Source of the DNA: Luteipulveratus halotolerans
GTDB taxonomy: Bacteria > Actinomycetota > Actinomycetes > Actinomycetales > Dermatophilaceae
Assembly (NCBI RefSeq): GCF_001247745.1
Contig: NZ_LAIR01000002.1
Span: forward strand, 1,093,784 to 1,157,783
DNA: 64,000 nucleotides
Direction of reading: 5' to 3'
The stretch's first letter is position 1. Each line of letters begins with the position of its first letter. This document shows positions 18,263-29,123 of the stretch, piece by piece. The notes beneath the pieces were generated by a model, which saw only the letters and a list, made by a program, of their open reading frames with translations, was not told the DNA's origin and ran no database searches. The position numbers and the translations under genes are program-made.

Positions 18263-20784
18263 CGCGAATCTCCTTGTGCTGTGGCTGGATCGGCGGTGCC
18301 GAGCGGCAGGCGAAGGACCATCGTCAGACCACCTCCGGGGGTGTCCTCTGCGCTCAGTGTCCCGCCCATCGCCTCAGCGAGCCCGCGTGCGACGGCCAGG
18401 CCGAGCCCGACACCGTCACCGCGTGGCGCGTCGCCGTAGCGCTGGAACGGCGCAAAGATCCCGTCCTTCTGGTCGCGCGGCACACCCGGACCCCTGTCGA
18501 TGACGCGCACCTCGAGAGTCTGCTGCAGCCGTTCGGCGCTCATGACGACCTCCTGCCGGCCGGGGGAGAAGCGCAGAGCGTTCTCGACCAGGTTGGCGAG
18601 CACGCGCTCGGCCAGGCCCGCGTCGGCGACGACGGTGAGGTGCATCTCGGGCTGCCACAGGCGTACCCGATCGGGATCGCTCACACCGTGGCGCGCCGCC
18701 TCGAGCAGGTCGTGGGCGAGCACCTCGTCGGTGCGTGGCGTGACGGTGTCGGTCTGGATGCGCGACATGTCGAGCAGGTTCTCGATCAGCGCGTCGAGCC
18801 GGTCGGAGGACTCCTCGACCATCTCGAGCAGCTCGGCCTGGTCGTCGGCGCCCAGGACGACGTCACGCGAACGCAGGCTCGAGACGCCGGCCTTGATCGC
18901 GGCGAGCGGCGTGCGCAGGTCGTGCGAGACGGCCGCCAGCAGAGCACCACGGGCGCGGTTGTCGCGTGCGAGGTGCTGCGCCGCCGACGCCGCCTCGCTG
19001 AGCCGTTGGCCGCGCATCACGGCCGCCGCGTGGTGCGCGAACGCCTCGACGAGATCGCGCTCGTCCGCACGTCGGTCGCCCCGCGCGAGCACCAGCACGT
19101 GACCGTCGTCGATGGCGGCGGTCGTGAGGTCGGCCCCCGGGTCGCGCAACGGCACCTCACCGCTGATCACGACAGGGTCGCCGAGGCCGCCCGAGCGGGC
19201 ACGGCGTACGACCGCCGCACCTGACGACCCGAAGATGTCACGGGCCTGGTCGAGCAGTGCCGACAACGGGCGCTCGGCGTCCAGCAGTGAGTGCGAGAGG
19301 TCGGCCAGGATGCGCGAGCTGCGTTGTGCCGCAACGGCTTCGGCCGTCCGGCGGGCGCTCAGGTGAACGACGGATGCGACCGACACCGCGACGAGGACGA
19401 AGACGGCGAGCGCGACGGCGTTCTGCGGCTCGTTGATCGTGAGCGTGTTGAACGGCGGTGTGAAGTACCAGTTGAGGGCGATGCTCGCGAGCACGGCGGC
19501 GAGCAGCGCGGGGACCAGGCCCCCGACGATCGCGGTCGCGACGGTGAGGAGGAGGAAGAGCAGCACCTCCAGCGGGAGGTCGTGCTGCGGCCTCGTCGCC
19601 GCGAGCGCCCAGGTGAGCGCCGCCGTACCGACGGTCGCGAGCAGCCACCCGCTGATCGCGCGGGCGCGACCGACCGGCGTACGGCCCCGTGCTCGGGCGC
19701 GGCGCGAGGTGTAGGGGTGGGTGACCATGAGCACGTCGATCTCACCCGAGCCGGCGACGACCTGCTCGCCGACGCCCCGTGAGACCAGCGCTCTCCACCG
19801 GCCGCGGCTGCTGGCACCGACGATGATCTGGGAGGCGTTGACGCTGCGGGCGAAGTCGAGGATGGCGGCGCTGATGTCGCTGCCGGTGACGACGTGCAGC
19901 TCGCCGCCGAGCTCTCGGGTGAGCTCACGGGCGGCGCTGATCGAGTCGTCGCCGACGTCGCGCAGACCGGAGTCGGGGACGACCTTGACCGCCAGCAGCT
20001 GGCCTCCCGCGCCGCGGGAGGCGATGCGGGCGCCTCGACGCAGGAGCACCTCCTGCTCGGGTCCGCCCGTGAGCGCGACGACGACGCGCTCACGGGTCGC
20101 CCACGTGCGGTCGATGTCCTGGTCGTGGCGGTAGCGGGTCAGCGCCTCGTCGACCCGGTCAGCCACCCACAGCAGTGCGAGCTCGCGCAGGGCCGACAGG
20201 TTGCCGGGCCGGAAGTAGTGGGACAGGGCCGCGTCGACGCGCTCGGCGGGATAGACGTTGCCGTGGGCCAGGCGGCGGCGCAGCGCCTCCGGCGACATGT
20301 CGACCAGCTCGATCTGGTCGGCTGCGCGCACCACCTCGTCGGGCACGGTCTCGCGTTGCCGGACGCCGGTGATCTCGCGGACGACGTCGTTGAGCGACTC
20401 CAGGTGCTGCACGTTGACCGTCGAGATGACGTCGATGCCCGCGTCGAGGAGCTGCTCGATGTCCTCCCACCGTCGTTCGTGGCGAGAGCCGGAGGCGTTG
20501 GTGTGGGCGAGCTCGTCGACGAGGACGACCTCGGGGCGCCGACGCAGCACCGCATCGACGTCGAGCTCCTCGAGCCAGGTGTCACCGTGCTGCACCCGCA
20601 CGCGCGGCAGCACCTCGAGCCCCTCGAGCATCGAGGTGGTGTACGCCCGGCCGTGCGTCTCGACGAGACCGACGACGACGTCGGTGCCGCGGTCGCGACG
20701 ACGCTGCGCCTCCGAGAGCATGGCGACGGTCTTGCCCACCCCTGGGGCCGCGCCCAGGTAGATCCGGAGCAGTCCGCGTGCCAT
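18259..20784 (-). CDS. kdpD: Sensor histidine kinase KdpD
   Basis: N-terminal KdpD domain (GAAPGVGKT), Usp domain, four TM helices, GAF-like region, and HisKA/HATPase (SHDLRTPL...). The start is taken at the ATG at 20784 (MARGLL). Confidence 0.9.
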   Translation of the reverse strand: MARGLLRIYLGAAPGVGKTVAMLSEAQRRRDRGTDVVVGLVETHGRAYTTSMLEGLEVLPRVRVQHGDTWLEELDVDAVLRRRPEVVLVDELAHTNASGSRHERRWEDIEQLLDAGIDVISTVNVQHLESLNDVVREITGVRQRETVPDEVVRAADQIELVDMSPEALRRRLAHGNVYPAERVDAALSHYFRPGNLSALRELALLWVADRVDEALTRYRHDQDIDRTWATRERVVVALTGGPEQEVLLRRGARIASRGAGGQLLAVKVVPDSGLRDVGDDSISAARELTRELGGELHVVTGSDISAAILDFARSVNASQIIVGASSRGRWRALVSRGVGEQVVAGSGEIDVLMVTHPYTSRRARARGRTPVGRARAISGWLLATVGTAALTWALAATRPQHDLPLEVLLFLLLTVATAIVGGLVPALLAAVLASIALNWYFTPPFNTLTINEPQNAVALAVFVLVAVSVASVVHLSARRTAEAVAAQRSSRILADLSHSLLDAERPLSALLDQARDIFGSSGAAVVRRARSGGLGDPVVISGEVPLRDPGADLTTAAIDDGHVLVLARGDRRADERDLVEAFAHHAAAVMRGQRLSEAASAAQHLARDNRARGALLAAVSHDLRTPLAAIKAGVSSLRSRDVVLGADDQAELLEMVEESSDRLDALIENLLDMSRIQTDTVTPRTDEVLAHDLLEAARHGVSDPDRVRLWQPEMHLTVVADAGLAERVLANLVENALRFSPGRQEVVMSAERLQQTLEVRVIDRGPGVPRDQKDGIFAPFQRYGDAPRGDGVGLGLAVARGLAEAMGGTLSAEDTPGGGLTMVLRLPLGTADPATAQGDSR

Positions 20785-20840
20785 ACGCCGATTCTGCTGC
20801 CGATCGTCCCGGGCGCGGTCACCGGAGGTGCGTGTCGCCA

Positions 20841-21413
20841 TCAGTCACCGGCCAGGCCGGCCAGGGCGAGGTTGACCTCGAGCACGTTGACGCGGGGCAT
20901 GCCGAGGTAGCCGAGCGTGCGGCCCTGCGTGTGCTCGCGCACCACCTTCTCCACCACGTCGGGGTCGAGGTGGCGCGCGGCGGCGACCCGACGGACCTGC
21001 TGCTGGGCGTACGCCGGCGTGATGTGCGGGTCCAGGCCGCTACCGCTCGCGGTGAGGGCATCCGGCGCGGTGACGCCCGGCCCGACCGTCGTACGACGGT
21101 CGGTGACCTCCTGCCGCAGCGCAGGGTCGTCGGCTCCGAGGTTGGTGCCGCCGCTGGTGTCACCGGCGTAGTCCGAGGCCGACGGGCGGCCGTGGAACCA
21201 CTGCGGTCCCTTCCAGTCCTGGCCGATGAGGGAGGAGCCGACAACGGCGCCGTCACGGCGGACGAGCGAGCCGTCGGCCTGATCGCTGAGGCCGACGCGA
21301 CCCAGGCCCCACACCGCTGCGGGGAAGAGCACACCGACCAGCACGGTCATGACGAGCAGCATCCGCAGCCCGGCGAGCGTCTGACGCATGAGAGAGACAG
21401 GCATCGTGATCAC
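20841..21413 (-). CDS. kdpC: K+-transporting ATPase subunit C
   Basis: 190-aa KdpC-like protein with an N-terminal TM. Its GTG start overlaps the kdpB stop (GTGA). Confidence 0.85.
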   Translation of the reverse strand: MITMPVSLMRQTLAGLRMLLVMTVLVGVLFPAAVWGLGRVGLSDQADGSLVRRDGAVVGSSLIGQDWKGPQWFHGRPSASDYAGDTSGGTNLGADDPALRQEVTDRRTTVGPGVTAPDALTASGSGLDPHITPAYAQQQVRRVAAARHLDPDVVEKVVREHTQGRTLGYLGMPRVNVLEVNLALAGLAGD

Positions 21414-23422
21414 AGTCCTGGGAAGAGGGAGACGACGAGGTCGATGAGCTTGATCCCGACGAACGGCGTGATGACCCCGCCCAGGCCGTAGATCAGCAGG
21501 TTGCGCGCGAGCATCTGGTCGGCGCGCAGCGGCCGGTAGCGAACACCCTTGAGCGCCAACGGGATCAGCGCCACGATGACGAGCGCGTTGAAGATGACCG
21601 CCGAGAGCATCGCCGAGCTCGGTGACGACAGGTGCATCACGTTGAGGTCGGCCAGTCCCGGGTAGAGCGGTACGAACATCGCCGGGATGATCGCGAAGTA
21701 CTTCGCCAGGTCGTTGGCGATCGAGAAGGTCGTCAGCGCACCGCGGGTGATGAGCAGCTGCTTGCCGATCGCGACGATGTCGATGAGCTTGGTCGGGTCG
21801 GAGTCGAGGTCGACCATGTTGCCGGCCTCCTTCGCGGCCGACGTGCCCGTGTTCATCGCGACGCCGACGTCGGCCTGGGCGAGAGCGGGTGCGTCATTGG
21901 TGCCGTCACCCGTCATGGCGACGAGCCGACCACCGGCCTGCTCCTGCTTGATGAGGCGCATCTTGTCCTCGGGCGTGGCCTCGGCCAGGAAGTCGTCGAC
22001 ACCGGCCTCCTCGGCGATCGCCTTGGCGGTCAGCGGGTTGTCGCCCGTGATCATCACGGTGCGGATGCCCATCCGGCGCAGCTCGGCGAAGCGCTCGACC
22101 ATGCCGGGCTTGATGACGTCCTTGAGGTGGATCACTCCGACGGCTCGCGCGGGCTCGCCCGCTGCGCGCACGGCGACGACCAGGGGAGTGCCGCCGGCGG
22201 CGGCAATCGTGTCGGCGGCCGTCGTCACGTCGGCGTCCACCTGTCCGCCGGTCTCGGCGACCCACGCTCGTACGGCGCCCGCCGCACCCTTGCGGATCTG
22301 CGTGCCGTCCGGCAGGTCGACCCCACTCATCCGGGTCTGCGCGGTGAACGGCACGGCGACGGACTCGCCTGGTGCCTGGGCGATCTCGCCGAGCTGCGTG
22401 CGTGTCCAGTCGACGATCGACCGGCCCTCGGGCGTCTCGTCGGCGAGCGACGACAGGCACGCCAACCGGTGGGTCTCGGCGCCGAGCGCACCGCCGACGG
22501 GCACGATCTCGCAGGCCTGCCGGTTGCCGAGAGTGATCGTGCCGGTCTTGTCGAGCAGCAGCGTGCTGACGTCACCGGCGGCCTCGACCGCGCGACCCGA
22601 CATGGCGAGCACGTTGCGCTGCACGAGACGGTCCATGCCGGCGATGCCGATCGCTGACAGCAGCGCACCGATCGTGGTCGGGATGAGGCAGACGAGCAGT
22701 GCCACGAGCATGATCACGGTCGGTTTCTCGCCCGTGAAGCCGGCGAGCGGCGGGACCGTCGCGACCGCGAGCAGGAAGATGATCGTGAGGACGATCAGCA
22801 GGATGCCGAGCGCGACCTCGTTGGGCGTCTTCTGCCGGGCCGCACCCTCGACGAGGGAGATCATCCGGTCGATGAACGTCTCACCCGGCTTGGAGGTGAT
22901 GCGTACGACGATGCGGTCGGACAGCACCGTCGTACCTCCGGTGACGGCGCACCGGTCGCCTCCGGCCTCGCGTACGACGGGTGCGGACTCTCCCGTGATG
23001 GCCGACTCGTCCACAGTGGCAACGCCTTCGACGACGTCACCGTCACCGGGGATCACCTGACCGGCCTCGACGACGACACGGTCATCCAGCCGCAGGTCGG
23101 CGCCGGCGACCTGCTCCTCCGAGCCGTCGGCGAGCAGCCTGCGCGCGGTCGTGGTCGTGCGGGTCCGACGGAGCGAGTCGGCCTGAGCCTTTCCGCGCCC
23201 TTCGGCCACGGCCTCGGCCAGGTTGGCGAACACGATGGTCAGCCACAGCCAGACGGCGACGCTGATGCTGAACGTCGAGGGGTGCAGCACGGCGAGGACG
23301 GTCGTGAGGACCGCCCCGACCCACACCACGAACAGGACGGGTGCGCGGAACAGGTGCTGCGGGTTGAGCTTGCGCACGGCGTCCGGGAAGGACGCGCCGG
23401 CGGTGGTGAGAAGGGCGTTCAT
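21410..23422 (-). CDS. kdpB: K+-transporting P-type ATPase subunit B
   Basis: P-type ATPase motifs DKTGTIT and TGDN..GDGTND. The ATG at 23422 overlaps the kdpA stop (ATGA). Confidence 0.9.
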   Translation of the reverse strand: MNALLTTAGASFPDAVRKLNPQHLFRAPVLFVVWVGAVLTTVLAVLHPSTFSISVAVWLWLTIVFANLAEAVAEGRGKAQADSLRRTRTTTTARRLLADGSEEQVAGADLRLDDRVVVEAGQVIPGDGDVVEGVATVDESAITGESAPVVREAGGDRCAVTGGTTVLSDRIVVRITSKPGETFIDRMISLVEGAARQKTPNEVALGILLIVLTIIFLLAVATVPPLAGFTGEKPTVIMLVALLVCLIPTTIGALLSAIGIAGMDRLVQRNVLAMSGRAVEAAGDVSTLLLDKTGTITLGNRQACEIVPVGGALGAETHRLACLSSLADETPEGRSIVDWTRTQLGEIAQAPGESVAVPFTAQTRMSGVDLPDGTQIRKGAAGAVRAWVAETGGQVDADVTTAADTIAAAGGTPLVVAVRAAGEPARAVGVIHLKDVIKPGMVERFAELRRMGIRTVMITGDNPLTAKAIAEEAGVDDFLAEATPEDKMRLIKQEQAGGRLVAMTGDGTNDAPALAQADVGVAMNTGTSAAKEAGNMVDLDSDPTKLIDIVAIGKQLLITRGALTTFSIANDLAKYFAIIPAMFVPLYPGLADLNVMHLSSPSSAMLSAVIFNALVIVALIPLALKGVRYRPLRADQMLARNLLIYGLGGVITPFVGIKLIDLVVSLFPGL

Positions 23423-25065
23423 GAAAGGGCCTCCGCGAGCGGACCGAGGGCGAGAGCGGGCAGGAAGGTCAGGCCGGTCACGAGCAGCGCGACACCGACC
23501 ATGAGCCCGGTGAACAGGGGAGTGTGCGTCGGCATCGTGCCGTCGGTGACCGGCCGTTTGCGTTGTGCCGCAAGCGAACCCGCGAGCATCAAGATCAGAG
23601 CGATCGGCACGAACCGGCCGATCAGCATGCACGCGCCGAGGGTCAGGTTGAGGTAGGGCTGGTCGGCCGTGAGGCCGGCGAACGCGCTGCCGTTGTTGTT
23701 CGAGGCGGACGCGAAGGCGTACAGCATCTCGCTGAGGCCGTGTGCGCCGCCGCTGAGCATCCCGTCCTGGGCGGCGCCGTTGGCGAGGGCGGCTCCGGTG
23801 CCGAGCAGCACGAGCGCGGGCGTCGTGATCGTCACGAGCGCAACACAGGTGATCTCGCGCCGCCCGATCGTCTTGCCGAGGATCTCCGGGGTCCGGCCGA
23901 CCATCAGCCCGGCGATGAACACGGCCAGGACCGCGATCACGAGCACGCCGTACAGGCCGGCGCCCACACCGCCCGGTGAGATCTCGCCCAGCAGCATGTT
24001 GGTGAGCGCGCCCCCACCGCCGATCGCGCTGTAGCTCTCGTGCATCGAGTTGACCGCACCCGTGGAGGTCCCTGTCGTGCTGTTGGCGAACAGGGCCGAC
24101 GCCCAGACGCCGAAGCGCACCTCCTTGCCCTCCATCGCGCCGAGCGGCCCGGAGGACGCGGACACCTCGGCCCACGTGATCACCGTGAGCATCGCGGCCC
24201 ACAACGTCGCCATCAGACCGAGGACGGCGTACCCCTGACGGCGGTCGCCGACGAGTCGGCCGTACGTGCGGGGGAGCGAGAACGGGATGAGCAGCAGCAG
24301 GAAGATCTCGACGAGGTTGGTGACCGCGTTGGGGTTCTCGAACGGGTGAGCCGAGTTGGCGTTGAAGTAGCCACCGCCGTTGGTGCCCAGCAGCTTGATC
24401 GACTCCTGGCTGGCGACGAGCCCGCCCTGAATGGTCTGGTGCCCGCCCGAGAGCGTGCCGACGGTCTCGGGGGCGTTGAGGTTCTGGACGACACCGCCGG
24501 CCAGCAGCACGACGGCGCCGATGAACGCGATCGGCAGCAGTACGCGTACGACACCGCGGGTCAGGTCGACCCAGAAGTTGCCGATGGTGCCGGACGCGTC
24601 ACGGGCCAGTCCGCGCACGAGCGCGATCGCGACGGCGAGGCCGACCGCGGCTGACACGAAGTTCTGCACCGCGAGCGCGAGGGTCTGCACGACGGCCGAG
24701 GCGCCGGCCTCACCCGCGTAGCTCTGCCAGTTGGTGTTGGTGACGAACGAGATCGCGGTGTTGATCGCGGTGTCGGTGTCCATCGCTGCGCCTCGCGCGA
24801 GCGGCAATGAGCCCTGCCACTGGATCAGCGCGAACACCGTGACGAGACTGGCGACGGAGAACCCGGCCACCGACACGGCGTACGTGCTCCACCGCTGCTC
24901 GGACCGCGGGTCGACGCCGCACAGCCGGTAGGCCACCCGCTCGACCCGCAGGTCGCGGGTGCTGGTGAACACGCGCGCGATGTAGTCGCCCAGCGGTACG
25001 TGCACCACCGCGAGCATGAGCACGAGCGTCGCGATCGTGAGCAGCCCTGAGCCGGCCGTGCCCAT
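23419..25065 (-). CDS. kdpA: K+-transporting ATPase subunit A
   Basis: 548-aa polytopic KdpA-like protein. Confidence 0.9.
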   Translation of the reverse strand: MGTAGSGLLTIATLVLMLAVVHVPLGDYIARVFTSTRDLRVERVAYRLCGVDPRSEQRWSTYAVSVAGFSVASLVTVFALIQWQGSLPLARGAAMDTDTAINTAISFVTNTNWQSYAGEAGASAVVQTLALAVQNFVSAAVGLAVAIALVRGLARDASGTIGNFWVDLTRGVVRVLLPIAFIGAVVLLAGGVVQNLNAPETVGTLSGGHQTIQGGLVASQESIKLLGTNGGGYFNANSAHPFENPNAVTNLVEIFLLLLIPFSLPRTYGRLVGDRRQGYAVLGLMATLWAAMLTVITWAEVSASSGPLGAMEGKEVRFGVWASALFANSTTGTSTGAVNSMHESYSAIGGGGALTNMLLGEISPGGVGAGLYGVLVIAVLAVFIAGLMVGRTPEILGKTIGRREITCVALVTITTPALVLLGTGAALANGAAQDGMLSGGAHGLSEMLYAFASASNNNGSAFAGLTADQPYLNLTLGACMLIGRFVPIALILMLAGSLAAQRKRPVTDGTMPTHTPLFTGLMVGVALLVTGLTFLPALALGPLAEALS

Positions 25066-25151
25066 CAGAACCGCTCCGGTCGGACGAGCGCGTAGATCAG
25101 GTAGAGCAGGAGTGCGGCGCCGATGGCGCCGGCGACGAGGTATTCGGCCAT
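25065..25151 (-). CDS. kdpF: K+-transporting ATPase subunit F (28 aa)
   Basis: Reverse complement reads ATG GCC GAA TAC CTC GTC..., giving MAEYLVAGAIGAALLLYLIYALVRPERF with one TM. Its TGA overlaps the kdpA ATG. It is not in the supplied ORF track. Confidence 0.7.
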   Translation of the reverse strand: MAEYLVAGAIGAALLLYLIYALVRPERF

Positions 25152-25191
25152 GTCTCCAGCGAACGCCGGAAACCGTTGGGACAGCGCAGGA

Positions 25192-25230
25192 TTGACGCGT
25201 CCTTCACGCGCCTTGACGCGTTCTTGACGC
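25192..25230. promoter_or_regulatory. Three direct repeats TTGACGC(GT) upstream of kdpF (candidate KdpE / promoter elements)
   Basis: attgacgcgtccttcacgcgccttgacgcgttcttgacgcc. The repeats sit at 25192, 25213 and 25224, about 40-80 nt upstream of the kdpF ATG. Confidence 0.35.
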
Positions 25231-25231
25231 C

Positions 25232-26431
25232 TTAACCGGCGGTGGCCTCGCCGTCGAGCTGTGCGTAGGTCGCGAGGCTCGGCCCGCGCGTCTCCTGCAG
25301 CTCGCGGGCCTTGGCCTCGGCGTCGCGCATCACGCGCAGCACGTTGCCGCCGGCGACCTTGCGCAGGTCGTCGTCGGACCAGCCTTTGTCCTGCAGCGCC
25401 GCGAAGACCGTCGGGTACGACGACACGTCGGCCAGGCCGTCGGGGAACTCGTCGGTGCCGTCGTAGTCGCCGCCGACGCCGAGGTGATCGACACCGGCGA
25501 CCTCACGGATGTGCTCGAAGTGGGCGACGACGTCGTCGAGCGTGGCGCGGGGGCGAGGGTGCTCGGCCTTCCACTGCTGAGCGAAGGGGACGAACTGCGA
25601 TAGGTCCGTCGGCGACAGGCCGGCCGCGGCAGCAGCGTCCTTGGCCGCCTGCCGCCAGTCGGCGCACGCCTGCGACACGAAGTCGGGCACGAACGTCGCC
25701 ATGATCACGCCGTCGTTGTCGCGCAGGGACTCCAGGACGTCGTCCGGGGCGTTGCGCGGGCTGTCGCAGACCGCGCGCGAGGAGCTGTGCGAGAAGATCA
25801 CCGGCGCCTCGCTCGCCTTCAGCGCGTCCCGCATCGTGTCGGCCGAGACGTGGCTGAGGTCGACGAGCATGCCGGTGCGGTTCATCTCGCGCACGACCTC
25901 GACCCCGAAGGCGGACAGCCCGTCGTGCACCGGCTCGTCGGTGGCCGAGTCGGCCCACGGCACGTTGTCGTTGTGGGTGAGGGTCATGTAGCGGACGCCG
26001 AGGACGTACATCATGCGCAGCGTGGCCAGGGAGCAGCCGATCGAGTGCCCGCCCTCAGCGCCCATCAGAGAGGCGATCCGACCCGTGCCGAAGACCGCCT
26101 CGACCTCGTCGGCGGTGCGGGCGATGCCGAACGCGTCGGGGTAGCGGCCGACCATCTGGTGCACCGCGTCGATCTGCTCCAGAGTGGCGGACACGGCGCT
26201 GTCGCCCTCGAGCTGGGCGGGGACGTACACCGACCAGAACTGGCCGCCGACGCAGCCCGCGCGCAGCCGTGCGACGTCGGTGTGCGTGCGGTCGCTGGTG
26301 TTGGTCGCGATGTCGAGCCGGTCGAAGTCGTAACCCACCTGCTGGCGCGCGGCCCACGGCAGGTCGTTGTGCCCGTCGATGAGGGGCGAGTCGCGCAGGA
26401 TGTCGGTCACGGGGGTCGGCGTCGACGTCAT
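25232..26431 (-). CDS. Membrane dipeptidase (peptidase family M19)
   Basis: 399 aa with HNDLPW, a [14 protein letters not shown]-type motif and conserved His/Asp ligands. Confidence 0.8.
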   Translation of the reverse strand: MTSTPTPVTDILRDSPLIDGHNDLPWAARQQVGYDFDRLDIATNTSDRTHTDVARLRAGCVGGQFWSVYVPAQLEGDSAVSATLEQIDAVHQMVGRYPDAFGIARTADEVEAVFGTGRIASLMGAEGGHSIGCSLATLRMMYVLGVRYMTLTHNDNVPWADSATDEPVHDGLSAFGVEVVREMNRTGMLVDLSHVSADTMRDALKASEAPVIFSHSSSRAVCDSPRNAPDDVLESLRDNDGVIMATFVPDFVSQACADWRQAAKDAAAAAGLSPTDLSQFVPFAQQWKAEHPRPRATLDDVVAHFEHIREVAGVDHLGVGGDYDGTDEFPDGLADVSSYPTVFAALQDKGWSDDDLRKVAGGNVLRVMRDAEAKARELQETRGPSLATYAQLDGEATAG

Positions 26432-26472
26432 GGCGTCATCCCATCATGCGCCACGCCTCTACAGTTGAGCCC

Positions 26473-27924
26473 ATGCAATCTCCCTCCCGCAGCGTCGCTC
26501 TGGTGACCCTCGGCTGCGCTCGCAACGAGGTCGACTCCGAAGAGCTCGCGGGCCGTCTCGCCGACGAGGGCTGGACGCTCGTCGACGACGCCGGCGAGGC
26601 CGACGTGGCCGTCGTCAACACCTGTGGCTTCGTCGAGCAGGCCAAGAAGGACTCCATCGACGCGCTGCTCGAGGCCAACGACCTCAAGGACACCGGCCGC
26701 ACCCAGGCGGTCGTCGCCGTCGGCTGCCTGGCCGAGCGCTACGGCGAGCAGCTGGCCGAGCAGCTGCCCGAGGCCGATGCGGTCCTCGGCTTCGACTCCT
26801 ACCAGGACATGTCGGGGCACCTCACTGCGATCCTCGGCGGTCACGCTCCCGCGTCACACACGCCGGGCGACCGCCGCAAGCTGCTGCCCCTGTCGCCGGT
26901 CGCCCGTCAGGACGAAGCCGACGGCGTCGCCCTGCCCGGCCACGGCGACGTACGCCGACCGGACGACGTCGAGGTCGCGTCACCGGCGTCCTCGCCCCGG
27001 GTCATCCGGGCTCGCCTCGACGGACGCCCGTGGGCGCCGCTGAAGATCGCGAGCGGCTGCGACCGACGGTGCGCGTTCTGCGCGATCCCGATGTTCCGCG
27101 GGGCGTTCGTGTCGCGACGTCCCGCCGACGTGCTGGCCGAGGCCCGGTGGCTCGGCCAGCACGACGTCAAGGAGATCTTCCTCGTCAGCGAGAACTCCAC
27201 GTCGTACGGCAAGGACCTCGGCGACCTGCGCCTGCTCGACACGATGCTGCCCGAGCTGGTCGCCGTCGACGGCATCGAGCGCGTGCGGGTGTCCTACCTG
27301 CAGCCCGCCGAGATCCGTCCCGACCTGCTCGACGTGATGACGCAGACTCCCGGGGTCGTCCCGTACTTCGACATCTCCTTCCAGCACGCGTCCGAGCCGC
27401 TGCTGCGCCGGATGCGGCGGTTCGGCTCGCGAGAGTCGTTCCTCACGCTGCTGGAGCAGGTGCGCGAGCGCAGCCCGCAGGCGGGCATCCGGTCCAACGT
27501 GATCGTCGGCTTCCCGGGTGAGACCGACGCCGACCTCGCCGAGCTCGAGGAGTTCCTCACGCACGCGCGCCTGGACGTCGTGGGTGTGTTCGGCTACTCC
27601 GACGAGGACGGCACCGAGGCCGAGACCTACGACACCAAGCTGCCCGACCACGAGGTCGCCGCCCGCCTGGAGCACTTCACGACCCTCGTCGAGCAGCTCA
27701 ACCTGCAGCGCGCCGAGGAGCGCGTCGGCGAGACCCTCGAGGTCCTCGTCGAGGGCGTCGGCGACGAGGACGACGAGCGTCCGGTCGGCCGCGCCGGTCA
27801 GCAGGGCCCGGACGTCGACGGCGTCACCTACCTCGCCGAGGGCACCGACGTGGCCGTCGGTGACCTCGTACGCGCCACGGTCGTCGCGACCGAGGGCATC
27901 GACCTCGTCGCGGAGGTGCGATGA
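26473..27924 (+). CDS. rimO: Ribosomal protein S12 methylthiotransferase RimO (radical-SAM MTTase)
   Basis: An MTTase N-domain with conserved Cys, a radical-SAM CxxxCxxC (CDRRCAFC) and a TRAM domain. The ORF is open from 26446; the ATG at 26473 is preferred. It is syntenic with pgsA as in mycobacteria. Confidence 0.75.
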   Translation: MQSPSRSVALVTLGCARNEVDSEELAGRLADEGWTLVDDAGEADVAVVNTCGFVEQAKKDSIDALLEANDLKDTGRTQAVVAVGCLAERYGEQLAEQLPEADAVLGFDSYQDMSGHLTAILGGHAPASHTPGDRRKLLPLSPVARQDEADGVALPGHGDVRRPDDVEVASPASSPRVIRARLDGRPWAPLKIASGCDRRCAFCAIPMFRGAFVSRRPADVLAEARWLGQHDVKEIFLVSENSTSYGKDLGDLRLLDTMLPELVAVDGIERVRVSYLQPAEIRPDLLDVMTQTPGVVPYFDISFQHASEPLLRRMRRFGSRESFLTLLEQVRERSPQAGIRSNVIVGFPGETDADLAELEEFLTHARLDVVGVFGYSDEDGTEAETYDTKLPDHEVAARLEHFTTLVEQLNLQRAEERVGETLEVLVEGVGDEDDERPVGRAGQQGPDVDGVTYLAEGTDVAVGDLVRATVVATEGIDLVAEVR

Positions 27925-28559
27925 CGCACGGGCCCGCCGTCACGCCCGATCCCGCAGCCGAGCCGAGCTCCGGGGTCAGCAACTGGAACATCGCCAACTA
28001 CCTGACGGTGCTGCGCATCGCGCTGGTGCCGGTCTTCGGCTGGCTGCTGCTCGCCGACGGCGGCGACTCCACCGGCATGCGGGTCGCGGCATTCGTGGTC
28101 TTCACGATCGCCTCGATCACTGACCGCATCGACGGTGATCTCGCCCGGTCGCGCGGGCTGGTCACCGACTTCGGCAAGGTGGTCGACCCGATCGCCGACA
28201 AGGCGCTCATAGGGATGGCGCTCATCGGCCTGTCACTGATCGACGAGGTGCCCTGGTGGATCACCGTCGTGATCCTCGTGCGCGAGCTCGGCATCACGGC
28301 GCTGCGGTTCGCGGTCATCCGGCACGGCGTGATGCCTGCCAGCCGGGGCGGCAAGCTCAAGACGGCGCTGCAGGCGTTCGCGATCGGCCTGTTCGTGCTG
28401 CCGCTCGACGGTGTCCTGCACTGGCTCGCCTGGGCCATCCTCGTCGCGGCGCTGGTCGTCACCGTCGTGACGGGCGTCGACTACGTGCTCCGGGCCGTCC
28501 GACTGCGCCGGACCAGTGAGCGCACGGCAGCTCGTCGAGCCCGACGCCAGGGCACATGA
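27921..28559 (+). CDS. pgsA: CDP-diacylglycerol--glycerol-3-phosphate 3-phosphatidyltransferase
   Basis: CDP-alcohol phosphatidyltransferase motif DRIDGDLAR...G...D...D, with an ATGA overlap to rimO. Confidence 0.85.
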   Translation: MTHGPAVTPDPAAEPSSGVSNWNIANYLTVLRIALVPVFGWLLLADGGDSTGMRVAAFVVFTIASITDRIDGDLARSRGLVTDFGKVVDPIADKALIGMALIGLSLIDEVPWWITVVILVRELGITALRFAVIRHGVMPASRGGKLKTALQAFAIGLFVLPLDGVLHWLAWAILVAALVVTVVTGVDYVLRAVRLRRTSERTAARRARRQGT

Positions 28560-29038
28560 CCGACCCCACCGCGCTCGTACGATCGCTGGTCGCCTCCGGT
28601 GACACGGTCGCCGCGGCCGAGTCGCTGACCGGCGGGCTCGTCACCGCGCGCCTCACGTCCGTCCCGGGCGCGAGCGCCACGGTGCGCGGCGGCGTCGTCA
28701 GCTACGCCACCGACGTCAAGCGCGACGTCCTCGGTGTCGATGCTGCGCTGCTCGACGCCGGGGGAGCGGTGCAGGCACAGGTTGCCGAGCAGATGGCGTC
28801 CGGCGTACGCCGGCTGCTCGCTGCCACCTGGGGCCTGGCCACGACCGGGGTCGCCGGCCCCGAACCCCAGGACGGACAACCCGTCGGCACCGTCTTCGTC
28901 GCGGTCGCCGCGCCGACCGGCGTACGGTCTCGGCGGCTGTCGCTGAGCGGGGACCGTGAGCAGATCCGGGCCGCCTCGGTCGACGGTGTTCTCGCGCTGC
29001 TCGCCGAATGCGTGAGGGACCTGCCCCGATCCGTGTGA
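28556..29038 (+). CDS. CinA C-terminal domain protein / nicotinamide-nucleotide amidohydrolase PncC
   Basis: 160 aa with the CinA_C pattern (AESLTGG...ATTGVAGP). It overlaps the pgsA stop. Confidence 0.8.
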   Translation: MTDPTALVRSLVASGDTVAAAESLTGGLVTARLTSVPGASATVRGGVVSYATDVKRDVLGVDAALLDAGGAVQAQVAEQMASGVRRLLAATWGLATTGVAGPEPQDGQPVGTVFVAVAAPTGVRSRRLSLSGDREQIRAASVDGVLALLAECVRDLPRSV

Positions 29039-29063
29039 ACGGCATGGGTACCGTGGGTGGGCT

Positions 29064-29092
29064 GGGCGAGGTCCGACGTGACGACCTCGCCC
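29064..29092 (+). terminator. Hairpin gggcgaggtc-cgacgtgac-gacctcgccc downstream of cinA
   Basis: 10-bp GC stem read directly. There is no clear U-tract, as is usual in actinobacteria. Confidence 0.4.
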
Positions 29093-29123
29093 GTCCCATG
29101 ACCTGCAGGAGCCGAGGAACTCG

